From contig NC_043007.1 in NCBI RefSeq assembly GCF_006345805.1, forward strand, positions 59,334,001 to 59,398,000: a stretch of 64,000 nt of DNA, read 5' to 3'. Shown piece by piece: positions 37,701 to 49,430 of this stretch. A model generated the notes under the pieces. The model was not told the origin of the DNA. It worked only from the letters and a program-made list of their open reading frames with translations, and did no database searches. Both the position numbers and the translations under genes were made by a program. Each line of letters opens with the position of its first letter. Positions within the stretch are counted from its first letter, which is position 1. Source of the DNA: Octopus sinensis (Eukaryota).

Positions 37701-40626
37701 TACCTGAGGAAATAATGAATAAATTAATAGTAGATAAGATATGATATCAAGGCATACTCTATAGGACAAAAGGCTAATCGCATAAGTAACATCTAGGGAG
37801 GTTGTCTATCATGGTATATAATCCCATGACTTCCTCTTTGTGGAGACAGAATTCCAAAGGGTCCGCCTTTCACCATTGATTTACTATTGGTTTATATGAA
37901 CTGACATAATTTAAAAGATAGTACCAACAAAGTTTTCTTTTCCCAGTCACCCACTAAAATACAGGAAAGGGGCCAATCTGATACATCAACACCTATGCAC
38001 ATCAATCCAAACTTGAACCATCATCTCCAATTAACATACATGTAAGCCACAAAACTTAATCTTCTCTGAGACACACATTTCTCAATTCCTACCTCTAACC
38101 TATCTCTATTCTCCAGCCTACACATTTATAATCCAACTTGACTCAAAAATATTATGTTTGCAAGACATCCAGTAACTCGGTAAACCTTTTTTGCACATCT
38201 TTTGGGGCATTTGGCTCATGAGTTCGATTCCTGCCAGTGCATTATGTCCTTGAGCAAGACACTTTATTTCACATTGCTTCAGTCCACTCAGTTAGCAAAA
38301 ATGAGTAGTACCTGTATTTCAAAGAGCCATCCTTATCACATTCTGTATCATGCTTAATATCTCCCCGAGAGCTATCTTACAGGTATGCATGTCGGTGGAG
38401 TGCTCAGTTACTTGCACATTAATTTCACAAGCAGTCTGCTTTGTCGATCAGATCAACTGGAACCCTCATCATCATAACTGATGAAGTGCAAGTTTGCTTT
38501 TTTCTGCTCATCATGCATTGAGGACATCTATTTACTCTCTACTTTCTCTAAACTTATCATCCTTAATGACTTTAATACATAAAAACCTTCTTAACTCACA
38601 TACACCACCTACACTGATGTGGATGGCATATGCTGAATTCTTTGCCATTCCAAACTGCATCACTTACAACCTTCTCATACTTGTATCCGTCACTGACACA
38701 CTGACAATCCAAATGTCATTGATCCCTTTCTTACTCTAAACCCAGGCTATTTTTTATCTTTGTATTCAAGTCCCGTGAGCTGGTAGATATCATTAAAGTA
38801 CTTTTTTTCAACTCTTTACTTTCTGTATAAAAATCCTGCTGGGATCAACTTTGCGTTTCATCTCTCCGATGTTGATAAATTAAAGTACCAATCAAGTACT
38901 AGAACTGATGGTATCAACTAGTGCCCTACCTTCCACAATGATAGCTTTGTGTTAAGATAATAATTATTTCAGCATCCATTGGATCAATCAATGCTCTTCC
39001 TACTACACAGCTTAACCTGACTTCTCATACAATCTGCTACTTCAAGTCAACTTGTTCATGCTCCTGTGATACCTTGGAAGGAAACAGCTTACTCACGATT
39101 CTTCTGAAGCAATGAAAAGAGTGAGAGTCATTCCACTATCGTCAAACTGTAAGTTGTAAAAGTAACTCTTACTTTCATTCAACTCCTCTCTCTTTTTCTC
39201 TCTAAAGCAATCTTTTTTAAGCATTGACTCAACAAAGATGGCTACACCTGTCCAATTTTCCACACAGTGGTACTGAATCCAAAACTATGTGGTTGGGAAA
39301 CAAACTTCTTAACCACACAGCCATCTTTCAACAAATAGACTGTCAAATTGTTTCTCTGTGCAGACTCCATCTGTCCCTCACATCTTGAATCACTAGTTTT
39401 CTGATACACTGCTGCTTTGTTGCAGCAAGTACAGTTGGGGCTCTCTCTGATACACACTCTATCAACCCTGGAGCTATTAATGTGGTGGCTTGACCAGCTG
39501 GAAATAACACTCAACTGAAAACTGACAGCTAACCAATTCTGTAACATGTATCTTTTACTTGTTTCAGTCATTAGACTGTGGCCATATTGGGGCACTGCTT
39601 TGAAGAATTTTTAGTTGAATGAATTGACTCCAGGATTTATTTTTTTTAAAGCCAAGTACTTATTCTACAGGTCACTTTTACCAAACCACTAAGTTATGGG
39701 GACATAAACATGCCAACACTGGTTGTCAAACAGTAGTAGGGGACAAACACAAATACAAAGATACACACACACACTCATAATTGTCACTAATTGTAACCGA
39801 GGGTGCTGTTTATATTAATATATATTTACAACAGGGTTCTTTCAATTTCCATTTCTGATATCCACTCACAATAGTAGAAGACACTTGCTCAAGGTGCTGT
39901 ACAGTAGGACTAAACCCAGAATCATGTGATAGGGAAGCAAACTTCTTATCACATAGCCATACCTGCACCTATATGTTAAACAATCAATCAGAGATTGCCA
40001 GTCCTGTGATATGAGATAAGATCAAGAAAGAATTAGAAGAAAATAGATTTTTTCTCCAGGTCTAATGAAGAATCATTACTGAGAATGGTGGTGGATGGGG
40101 GGGGGGTAGAAGGAAGGAAGGAGGTGAGTTGGTAAAGAAAATGAATAGATATCAATATTAGAAATATAGAACTGATTGGAGACTTATAAGTTGTACGATG
40201 CCCAACAGCTAAGTGACAAATTAGCTGCCTTAACCTAATGGAGAGATAAGGAGTCAATTATTGGTCATTTTGTGGCCAAAGATATCCACTAATTGGTGAT
40301 TGATCAGTTCTATTGAGTTTGGGTATAAGAGAGAATTAGTGGGAAGGGGTTGCAATGCTGGCCCTTAAACCAAGATTTTTATTAAAGTGCAAATAGTGAA
40401 GAATTAGTCTGCTAGAAATTTTACTGCCTACTCAACACCATTTGTCTAGATTAGTGGTGCAAGCAAGGCAATGTGGTTCAGAAATTCACTTCCCACCATG
40501 TGGTTTTGGGTTCAGTCCTACTGCACAGTACCTTGAGCAAGTAACTTTCTTTGGCCTTAGGTTGATCAAATGCTTGTGAGTGAATTTGTTAGTCAGAAAC
40601 TGAAAGAAGCCCATTGTACATATGAA

Positions 40627-40689
<63 letters not shown>

Positions 40690-40700
40690 TTATGTATATA

Positions 40701-43392
40701 TCATCATCATCATCATCATCATCGTTTAACGTCCGTTTTCCGTGCTAGCACGGGTTGGATGGTTCGGCCAGGGTCTGGGAAGCCAGGGGCTGCTCCAGGC
40801 TCCAGTCTGATCTGGCAGAGTTTCTATGGCTGGATGCTTTTCCTAACGCCAACCACTCCGCGAGTGTAGTGGGTGCTTTTTACGTGCCACCTGCACAGGT
40901 GCCAGGGGAGGGGGGTCCGGCATCGGCCACGATCGGTTGGAGCTTTTAACGTGCCAGCGGCACGGAAGCCCAGCCAAGGCGGCAACGACAACGTTCGGGT
41001 GGTGCTTTTTATGTGCCACTGGCACAGAAGCCAGTCGAGTCGGCGCTGGCATCGGCCACGTTCGGATGGTGCTTTTTATGTGCCACTGGCACAGAAGCCA
41101 GTCGAGTCGGCGCTGGCTACAGCCACGTTCGGATGGTGCTTTTTATGTGCCACCGGCACAGATATCACAACTACTATTTCCATTGATATTTATTTCGATG
41201 TTCATGTACTTGACTCAACAGGTCTCCTCAAGCACAGCGGGATGTTCTGGGATCCAGGGTACTTTGAATGGGCAGGGGCTATGCAGAACTGGTGCAGGAA
41301 GCAGCCCGGGTCTTTGCAGTTACAGCATATCTCTAGAGCATATCTCAGTGAGGCCCAACGCTCTGAGGTCATGCTTGACTACCTCATTCCATGTCTTCCT
41401 GGGTCTACCTCTCCCCCTGATTCCTTCAACTGTTTGGGAGTGGCACTTCTTCACACATCTCTCCTCATCCATCCGCAGTACATGACCATACCATCGCAAG
41501 CGTCGCTCTTGCACACCACATCTGATGCTTCTTATATCCAGCATTTCTCTCAGGGTGCTTACACTCTGTCGTGCGTGCACACTGACATTACACATCCAGC
41601 GGATCATGCTAGCTTCATTTCTTTCAAGTCTACGCATGTCCTCTACAGTCACAGCCCATGTTTCACTACCGTGAAGCATGGCAGTTCGCACACATGCATC
41701 ATACAATCTACCTTTCACTCTGAGCGAGAGACCCTTTGTCGCCAGTAGGGGTAGGAGCTTTCTGAACTTTGCCCAGGCTATTCGTATTCTAGTGGTGATA
41801 CTCTCTGAGCATCCACCTCCACTACTAACTTGGTCACCCAGGTAGCGGAAGCTATCAACTACTTCTAGTTTCTCCCCTTGGAGTGTGATGGAATCTGTTT
41901 TCTGAGTGTCTGTGGTGTCTATTGTCCCTGTGCATCTGCCGCACATAAAAGCTATCTTATCAGTTAATTTCCCTTTAATGTTGCTGCACCTCTTATGCGT
42001 CCATAGCTTACATTGGGTGCATCTTATGGAGTTTCTACCTACACCTTTCCTACAGATCGAGCAGAGCCACCTGCCCGAGGGTGTGTGTGCTGAGTTCGCC
42101 TTTCTGCTTACTTTGGTCTTTGCTACATTTACTCTAAGGCCCTTTGATTCTAACCCTTGCTTCCACACCGGAAATCTCTTTTCTAGTTCCGGTAGTGATT
42201 CTGCTATGAGAGCCAGGTCATCAGCATAGAGGAGCTCCCAGGGGCATCCTGTTTTGAATTCCTCTGTTATTGCCTGGAGGACTATGATGAATAAAAGGGG
42301 ACTGAGGGCTGAGCCTTGGTGTACACCTACTTCTACCCGGAATTCTTCACTATATTCGTTGCCAATCCTAACCTTGCTGACAGCCTCTCTGTATAGAGCC
42401 TGTACAGCCCTTATTAGCCATTCATCAATCTCCAGTTTCCGCATTGACCACCAGATAAGGGAACGGGGAACCCTGTCAAAGGCTTTCTCCAAGTCCACAA
42501 AAGCTATGTAGAGGGGTTTATCTTTAGCTAGGTACTTCTCCTGCAGTTGTCGGACCAGGAATATAGCATCAGAAGTGCTTCTACCCGGCAAAAAACCGAA
42601 CTGCATCTCATCTAAGCAAATTCTCTCCCTAATGAGATGGGTTATGACCCTCTCTGTGACCTTCATCACCTGATCCAACAGTTTAATACCCCTGTAGTTA
42701 TTTCTATCTAGAGCATCACCCTTACCCTTGTAGCAGTTGACTATGGTGCTGCTACGCCAGTCATTGGGTATGACTCCATTATGAACTACCTGGTTTACAA
42801 TGCGGGTGACTAGGCCATAGCCCACATAGCCAGCTGTTTTAAGCATCTCAGCAGTGATTCCTGATGGGCCGGGGGCTTTACCTGGTTTCATATCCTTAAT
42901 TGCCTTAACTACAAGGGAGCTGTCTATTCGGGTAGCTGGTCCCTCTACTGGGTCAACATTTGGCAGGCTCTCCTCCTCCCATTCATTCTCCTCATTCAGC
43001 AGTCTTTCATAATGGCTTCTCCAAGCCTCTTTCTTTTCACCAACAGTAAAAGCAAGTGCCCCATCCTCCATGCGGACACATTTCTCTTCTGTAACATCAC
43101 TATTTTCTCTCACACACTGTCTGGCAATCCGAAATACCTCAGCTCTTTGGTCCTCACGTCGCTGGACATTGGCAAACTTCTTCTTTTCTGCTACATCTTT
43201 GGCTATGTATATCTGCCGGCCAGCCTCCCTTTTGGCTACCTGGTACAGTTCCTTGCTACCCCCATCCCTCCAGGCTTTCCAGGCCCGTCTCTTTGCACTA
43301 ATGGCTTTGTCTACTGCACTATTCCACCACCACGTAACTCTAGGTCTGGAAGGGACTTTGCACCATCCACAGACTCAGTCTGTGGCACTCAG
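40701..43392 (-). mobile_element. Young 5'-truncated RTE LINE with a 597-aa uninterrupted RT ORF (41320-43113), C4HC3 Zn-finger insert, 67-bp 3'UTR repeats and (GAT)n tail
   Basis: KAPGPSG, NYRGIKLL, QFGFLPG, FVDLEKAFD, GVHQGSALSP, YADD, FRYLG, RLRWYGHV, GRGRPRKTW; inserted in (TA)n. Confidence 0.96.
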
Positions 43393-44056
43393 CAAGCTAT
43401 ATATATATATATATATGTATGTGTCTATTTGTTTACATCTGTGTGTTAGGACAGTTGCTGTGAGTGGTGCTGTATCATTTCTCCTGTCAATAACTTGTCT
43501 ACTTGTTTCATGCATCCATAGATGTGTGGAGTAAAAAATCTCTTACTTGAAAAACAATTAAAAGTTAGTGACAGGAAAGGTATCCAGCTATAATACAATG
43601 CATCAATAATATATATATATATAAATATGTCTTTTCTCTTTTACTTGTTTCAGTCATTTGACTGTGGCCATGCTGGGGCACTGCCTTGAAGGGTTTTAGT
43701 TGATCAAGTCAACCCCAGGCCTTATTTTATTTAAGCCTCATACTTATTCTACTGGGATTTTTTGCCAAACTGTTAAGTTACAGGTGTGTCAAATGGTGGT
43801 AGGGGGCAAACACACAGACACACACACACACAGACACACATGCACTCACAGACACACACGCACACACAGACATATACGATGGACTTCTTTTCAGTTTGTC
43901 TACCAAATCCACTCACAAGGCTTTGGTTGGCCTGAAGCTTTAGTAGAAGACACATACTCAAAACGCCACGCAGTGGAACTGAACTTGGAACCATGTGGTT
44001 GGGAAGCAAGCTTCTTACCACACAGCCATGCCTGTGCCTATATATACATACACATA

Positions 44057-45587
44057 CACTGAACCGCAAAAGAAACGCGTTTTTTTTCAAATGTCATTTT
44101 TATATGGTAAATTCTAAAAATTTATTTTGAGGATGTAAGTGTAAATATTGCAAGACATGCTGGTTTATGGCTGAGACCTAAATTGCAGGTAACCTTTCAA
44201 CTTTTTTCCTGAAATGAGATGCCAAAATGCAGCTGCTTTGAATACCGTGAGTGGCAGTCACAAACAATTGTCATGGAAACTGACATGCACGTGCATCTTG
44301 TGGAGGTTATGGGTATAAAAATTAACTTGAAGTATGTGTCTGGCATTAATAATTTGGACACATCAGGTATGACCCGGTTGTCAGCAGTGCAGAGAGAACA
44401 AGCTATTGGCTGATTGCAAGCAGGACAGCATGCCCTGGTTGTTATGAAAGCTTACAATGTCCATGTCAGCACCATCTATTGCCTGATACAATGATACACC
44501 AACACCAGCAGCACTGTAGACTGTGCCTGCAGAGGGCATCACTGGGTGACAATGCCCAGGCAGGACCACTTTATCCACCTGCAACACCGCTGTGATCACT
44601 TCAGACTGGCCAGCATGACAGCTTGTGAGACCATTGGCACTGGACAGCAACCCATCAGTGACAACACAGTATGATGTCGAGTGGCTGCCAACAACTTGCT
44701 GTTGTCCTGCTCGAGGGCCTGTCCTCACCACCTGCCACCATCAGGCATGACTACAGTGGGCTACACAGCACCGATATTGGTGGCATCAACAATGAAGGTC
44801 GATAGTTTCTTTGATGAGAGCCAGTGCTGCATTTCCATCTCAGATGGCAGAGTGAGAGTGTGACATAGGTGGAGTGAATGCTAGAGATGCATGTGTCATG
44901 GAGAGATGCATGGGGTGGCCAAAGCATCATGGTTTGGGGTGCTATAGGCCTGAATCAGAGAATTGAGCCCCATGTGTTCCAAAATGTTAGTGCAGGCAGA
45001 GGGAATGGCATCACAGCGCAACGCTTCGTAGACCAGTTTCTAAGACCTCACATTGTTCCCTTCTTTGTGTGTCACCATAGCTATGTGTTCCAGCAGGACA
45101 ATGCTCCCTCCCACATGGCCAGGGTGACCATGGACTTCCTGTGTCAGCACAACATCAGAATCATGTTGTGGCCAGCTCTCAACCTGGATTTAAACCCAAT
45201 TGAACACCAGTGGGATGAAATCCAGAGACGGCTGAACCAGGTGGTCCCAAGGTCAACAACTTGTGTTAACTGGAGGTTGCTTTCCTCAAGGTGTAAGCGC
45301 AGGTGCCAATGGCTTTTGCGAACTGCCTCATGCACTCCATGTACCAATGGTATATAGCCTCTTTGAACACTTAGGGAGGGCATACGCGGTATGGAACATG
45401 TCACGCCCTATAATCTCGATGTGCTGGATCCGCCCACTACCAGAACACATGACAACAACCCACAGATTGTGGTCAAAGTGCATCCAAGAAATTGACTTTA
45501 TCAGATTTATCAAAATTTATCTCTGACATAATGAAATAAAAACATATCTCACAGTCACACGTCTCGCGTTTCTTTCACAGTTCAGTG
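44057..45587 (+). mobile_element. Full-length but inactivated Tc1 (DD34E) transposon
   Basis: TA flanks; 23-bp TIRs cactgaac(c/t)g..aaagaaacgcg; transposase remnants MVWGAI and FQQDNAPSH...LNPIEHQW with 34 residues between D and E; stops in the 5' part. Confidence 0.93.
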
Positions 45588-45614
45588 TATATGTGAGTGT
45601 ATGTATATATATAT

Positions 45615-46150
45615 TTATCATCATCATCATCATCATTTAGTGTCTGTTTTTCATGCTGGCATGGGTTAGATGGTTTGACTGGAATTGGCAAGCCGGAGAG
45701 CTGCACCAAGCTCCTGTCTGTTTTGGCTTGGTTTCTGGATGCCCTTCCTAATGCCAACCACTCCATAGAGTGTACAGGTTGTCTTTTACATGTCACTGGC
45801 ACAGGTGCTTTTTATGTGCCACTGGCACAAGTGCCTTGTACATGTCACTGGTATGGGTGTCTTTTACATGTCACTGGCACAGGTGCTTTTTATGTGCCAC
45901 GGGCACAAGTGCCTTGTACATGTCACTGGTATGGGTGTCTTTTGCATGTTTCTGGCACAGGTGCCTTTCATGTGTCACTGGTACTGGGCACAATTATGAT
46001 TTCACTTAGCTTGAGAAGACATATCAAGCTAAGTGAAATCATAATTGTCTTCTCAAGCACAGAAAATTGCCAAAAGTCTCAGTCACTTGTCATTGCCTCT
46101 GTGACATTCAACATCTGAAGATCATATTTCACCACCTCATCCAATGTCAT
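45615..46150 (-). mobile_element. RTE 3'-end fragment with internal 78-bp tandem repeats (45781-45980); similar 3' fragments at about 1500-1725, 30860-31290, 32490-32750, 47680-48145 and 48462-48780
   Basis: Shared RTE 3'UTR (ctggatgcccttcctaa.gccaaccact) and (CAT)n tail. Confidence 0.8.
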
Positions 46151-46381
46151 TAATATATATCATCATCATTTATATATATATATTTGTTTAACCCATGCGA
46201 GAATGAAAAAATAGATGTAAAACGAATGATTGAATGAAAAAGACTTTATCCTTTAATGAAATTTATCTAGACTGGACGAAGATTAAATCCTTTCAAATCA
46301 GAAAATAGACAAACATTAACAGATTAAAGAAGTGGAAAAACAAGTTAAGTTTAATAACAGGTTATGTGAATAATGCCTTAC

Positions 46382-46730
46382 CTTGTCATTAATTCTTACA
46401 GTGACAGTTTTATGCTTTTCACCATTCAGGTTAATCATTCGGATACCTTCTTCAGTAAATATTATCTTCATTTCTTCAGGGCTGGCTGTTGTAGCAAAGT
46501 CAATGTCAGTTGGCCCTATCCCCATTAAAAGATCTCGTACTGCTCCACCAGTAATCCTGAGCATATGGTTGTGTTTTTTAAACACTTTGATAAGTATTTC
46601 CAGTTGGGGAGTAAATAAAGCATGAAATTCAGGAGAATCTATTTTTGATAGTAGTTCTGTCATCTTTGCTTTCTTCTCTTGCTTTGTTTTTTTTCTAATA
46701 GGTATGTCCTGAATTATATTTTTGAAAAAC
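46382..46730 (-). CDS. TRNT1: TRNT1-like tRNA nucleotidyltransferase, coding exon with motif A (ATG at 46663; frame open to the acceptor at 46730)
   Basis: Translation ...KIDSPEFHALFT...LRITGGAVRDLLMGIGPTDIDFATTASPEEM...GIRMINLNGEKHKTVTVRINDK matches the animal TRNT1 N-terminus (GGAVRD, DxD). Acceptor tttttttcaatag before 46730; phase-0 donor AAG|gtaagg after 46382. Confidence 0.95.
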
Positions 46731-49430
46731 CTATTGAAAAAAAAGAAATAATTTTGTATTGAAAATAATGTTCACACATATCATAGCTTGATTTTGTTGC
46801 CTTTTTATAATGTCAGAAAATCAAGGGTTTGGTTCTAAATTAATGATGTGGCATAACAGGTAACTGCTTTCCCTTGTCTCAGAACTTTTAAGAACTCACA
46901 GTCTATCACAAACATCATTCTCAAGTGTTTTGCCTTGAAATATAATCAATGAAATATGGAATGCCTGGATTTGATCTGAACTTGTAATATAAGAGCTGTT
47001 GTTTGTCTAATACTATATTCACTCGGCCATCTCACCTCTGCAAGACTGAAAAATGACCATTGCTCAGATCAGAAGAGTGGTGGAAAAAGTGAAACTGATG
47101 CAGTTAATATAGAGTGTGAAGGATAGTTAATGCGTTCGGGGAAGAGACTGTGTTCCATGTGATATACCTAACAGGATCCTTGTTAATAAGGGACAGTATA
47201 TAACTGGTACTGTATTGGTTATGATGACAAGGGTTCCAGTTGATCTAATCAATGGAACAGCCAGCTTATGAAATTAATACGCAAGTGGCTGAGCACCTCA
47301 CAGATATATGTACCCTTAATGTAGTTCTGGGGGAGATTCAGCATGACACAAAATGCGACAAGGCTTGTCTTTTGAAATACAGGTACTACTCAATTTTGCT
47401 AGCTGAGTGGACTGGAGCAATGTGATAATGTTTGGATCAAATGTTCTGCATGTTCAGCTATGCTCTATAGTTTCTTTTACTTACTGTAGCCAAGGCCATG
47501 ATAGAGAACTGCTTTCAATGATAGGTGAAATGATATGTCTTTCATAAGTGGTTTTACACCAAAATAGATGTGTTATCTAATGCTAATAATACTATTATTC
47601 TGAAAAGCTAACTGAAATAGAGTAATAAGTAACTGATGTAACTGTGGAAGGGTGTGAAACGTTGCGGTATTGATTTCATCATCATCATTATCATCATCGT
47701 TTAATGTCTGCTTTCCATGCTGGCATGGACTGGATGATTTGACTGAAGACTGGCAAACCAAATGGTTGCACCAGGCTCCAATCTGATCTGGCAGAGTTTC
47801 TACAGCTGGATACCCTTCCTAATGCCAACCACTCCAAGAATGTAATGGGTGCTTTTACGTGCCACCAGCACCAGTCAGGTGGTACTGGTAACGGCCATGC
47901 TCAAATGGTGATTTTTATGTGCCACCTGCACAGGAGCCAGTCCAGTGGCATTGGCAACGACCTCGCTCAAATATTTTTTCACGTGCCAGTAAGGCGACGT
48001 TGGTAACAATCACGCTCAAATGGTGCTTTTTATGTGCTACCGGCATGGAAGCTAGTCAGCTGCTCTGGCAACAATCATGTTCGGATGGTGCTCTTAGTGC
48101 TCCACTAGCATGGATGCCAGTCATCGAATTTGATTTTGATTTCGATTTATGTATTAGCAATCACTAATCTGCCCTTCCCAACCCCTTCTCTTCCTTTTTT
48201 CTCAACCCTCTCATTAATTCCTTCCCTCTCCCCCTGTTCCCTGCAATATTCCTCCCTTCCTCCCTCTTTCTTACAATTCCTTCATCTCTCCATTTGGGAT
48301 CATCATCCACTCCCTCTCTTCTGTTTGCCCTTAGCAATAGGTTTCATTTCAGTGGATTTTCTCTTGAACATCAGATATACTTTGGTCTTGTTTTTAATTA
48401 AGAAACCATATATGCAAAAAAGACATCAAGAGAAAAAAGATTAAAAGAAACAAAATTTAGTCATCATCATCATCGTTTAACGTCCGTTTTCCATGCTAGC
48501 ATGGGTTGGACGGTTCGGCTGGGGTCTGGGAAGCCAGGAGGCTGCACCAGGCTCCAGTCTGATCTGGCAGTGTTTCTACAGCTGGATGCCCTTCCTAACG
48601 CCAACCATTCCATGAGTGTAGTGGGTGCTTTTTACATTCCACCGGCACAGGGGCCAGGCGAGGCTGGCAACGGCCATGATCGGTTGGTGCTATTTATGTG
48701 TCACTGGCACGGAAGCCAGTCAAGGCGGTGCTGGTATCGGCCACGTTTGGATGGTGCTTTTTACGTGCCACCGGCACAGTTACGTGTCACATAAATTAAT
48801 TAAAATTTTCACTGTTCATATTTATTTATTTCATTGAGGAATTTAATTTAAAATATAGATTAAACAATGTTATAAACATTTAAAAACTTATGCATTTATT
48901 GTATCTTTATTCCACCTTCTATATGTTTGCTAAGTAACACAAAATTTGATGCAAGTGTAACAACAGGAGTCACAATTCTTTTACATCTTCTACATCCTTA
49001 TTTACTTTATAGTGACATTTAATTTTTTTTAAATCTACAGCTTGAATGATTTTGTACATATTTAAAAGCTGATATGATTGTCATTTCTCTCCCCGTCCCC
49101 TTCTATATGTTTACTGTGTAACACTACATGTGACACTAATGTAACAGAAGTAATAAAAATTTGGTAGAGAGAGAGGGAGAGAAAACTTGCAAGATATGAG
49201 GCAAGGATTACTTGTGTTGGTGCTGTGAATAAAACATCCAGTCCACTCTGTAAAGTGGTTGGCAAATCTAGCTCTAGAAACCATGTCAAAGTAGACACAA
49301 TGTCTACTTTAGCATGGTGCATGATGCAGTTCCTCATCTTGTCAGACTCTGTCAAACCATTCAACCCACACCAGCATGAAAGCTAGATGTTCAATGATGA
49401 TAATCAAACGTTTTTAATTTATATGGCTTT

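Noticed and set aside
40880-41165. CRISPR-like look of hairpin-containing repeats (also 49600-49820 and 45781-45980)
   Set aside because: Whole units repeat with no unique spacers, there are no cas genes, and they sit in the 3'UTR of a eukaryotic LINE.
40873-42511. Long plus-strand ORFs (291 aa, 182 aa and others; also 49475-51170)
   Set aside because: Antisense shadows of the RTE ORF and its repetitive 3'UTR; no recognisable domains.
46316-46381. C-terminal part of ORF 46316-46663 (VRHYSHN...) and of ORF 2547-2777
   Set aside because: Read-through into introns beyond clear GT donors; homology stops at the splice sites.
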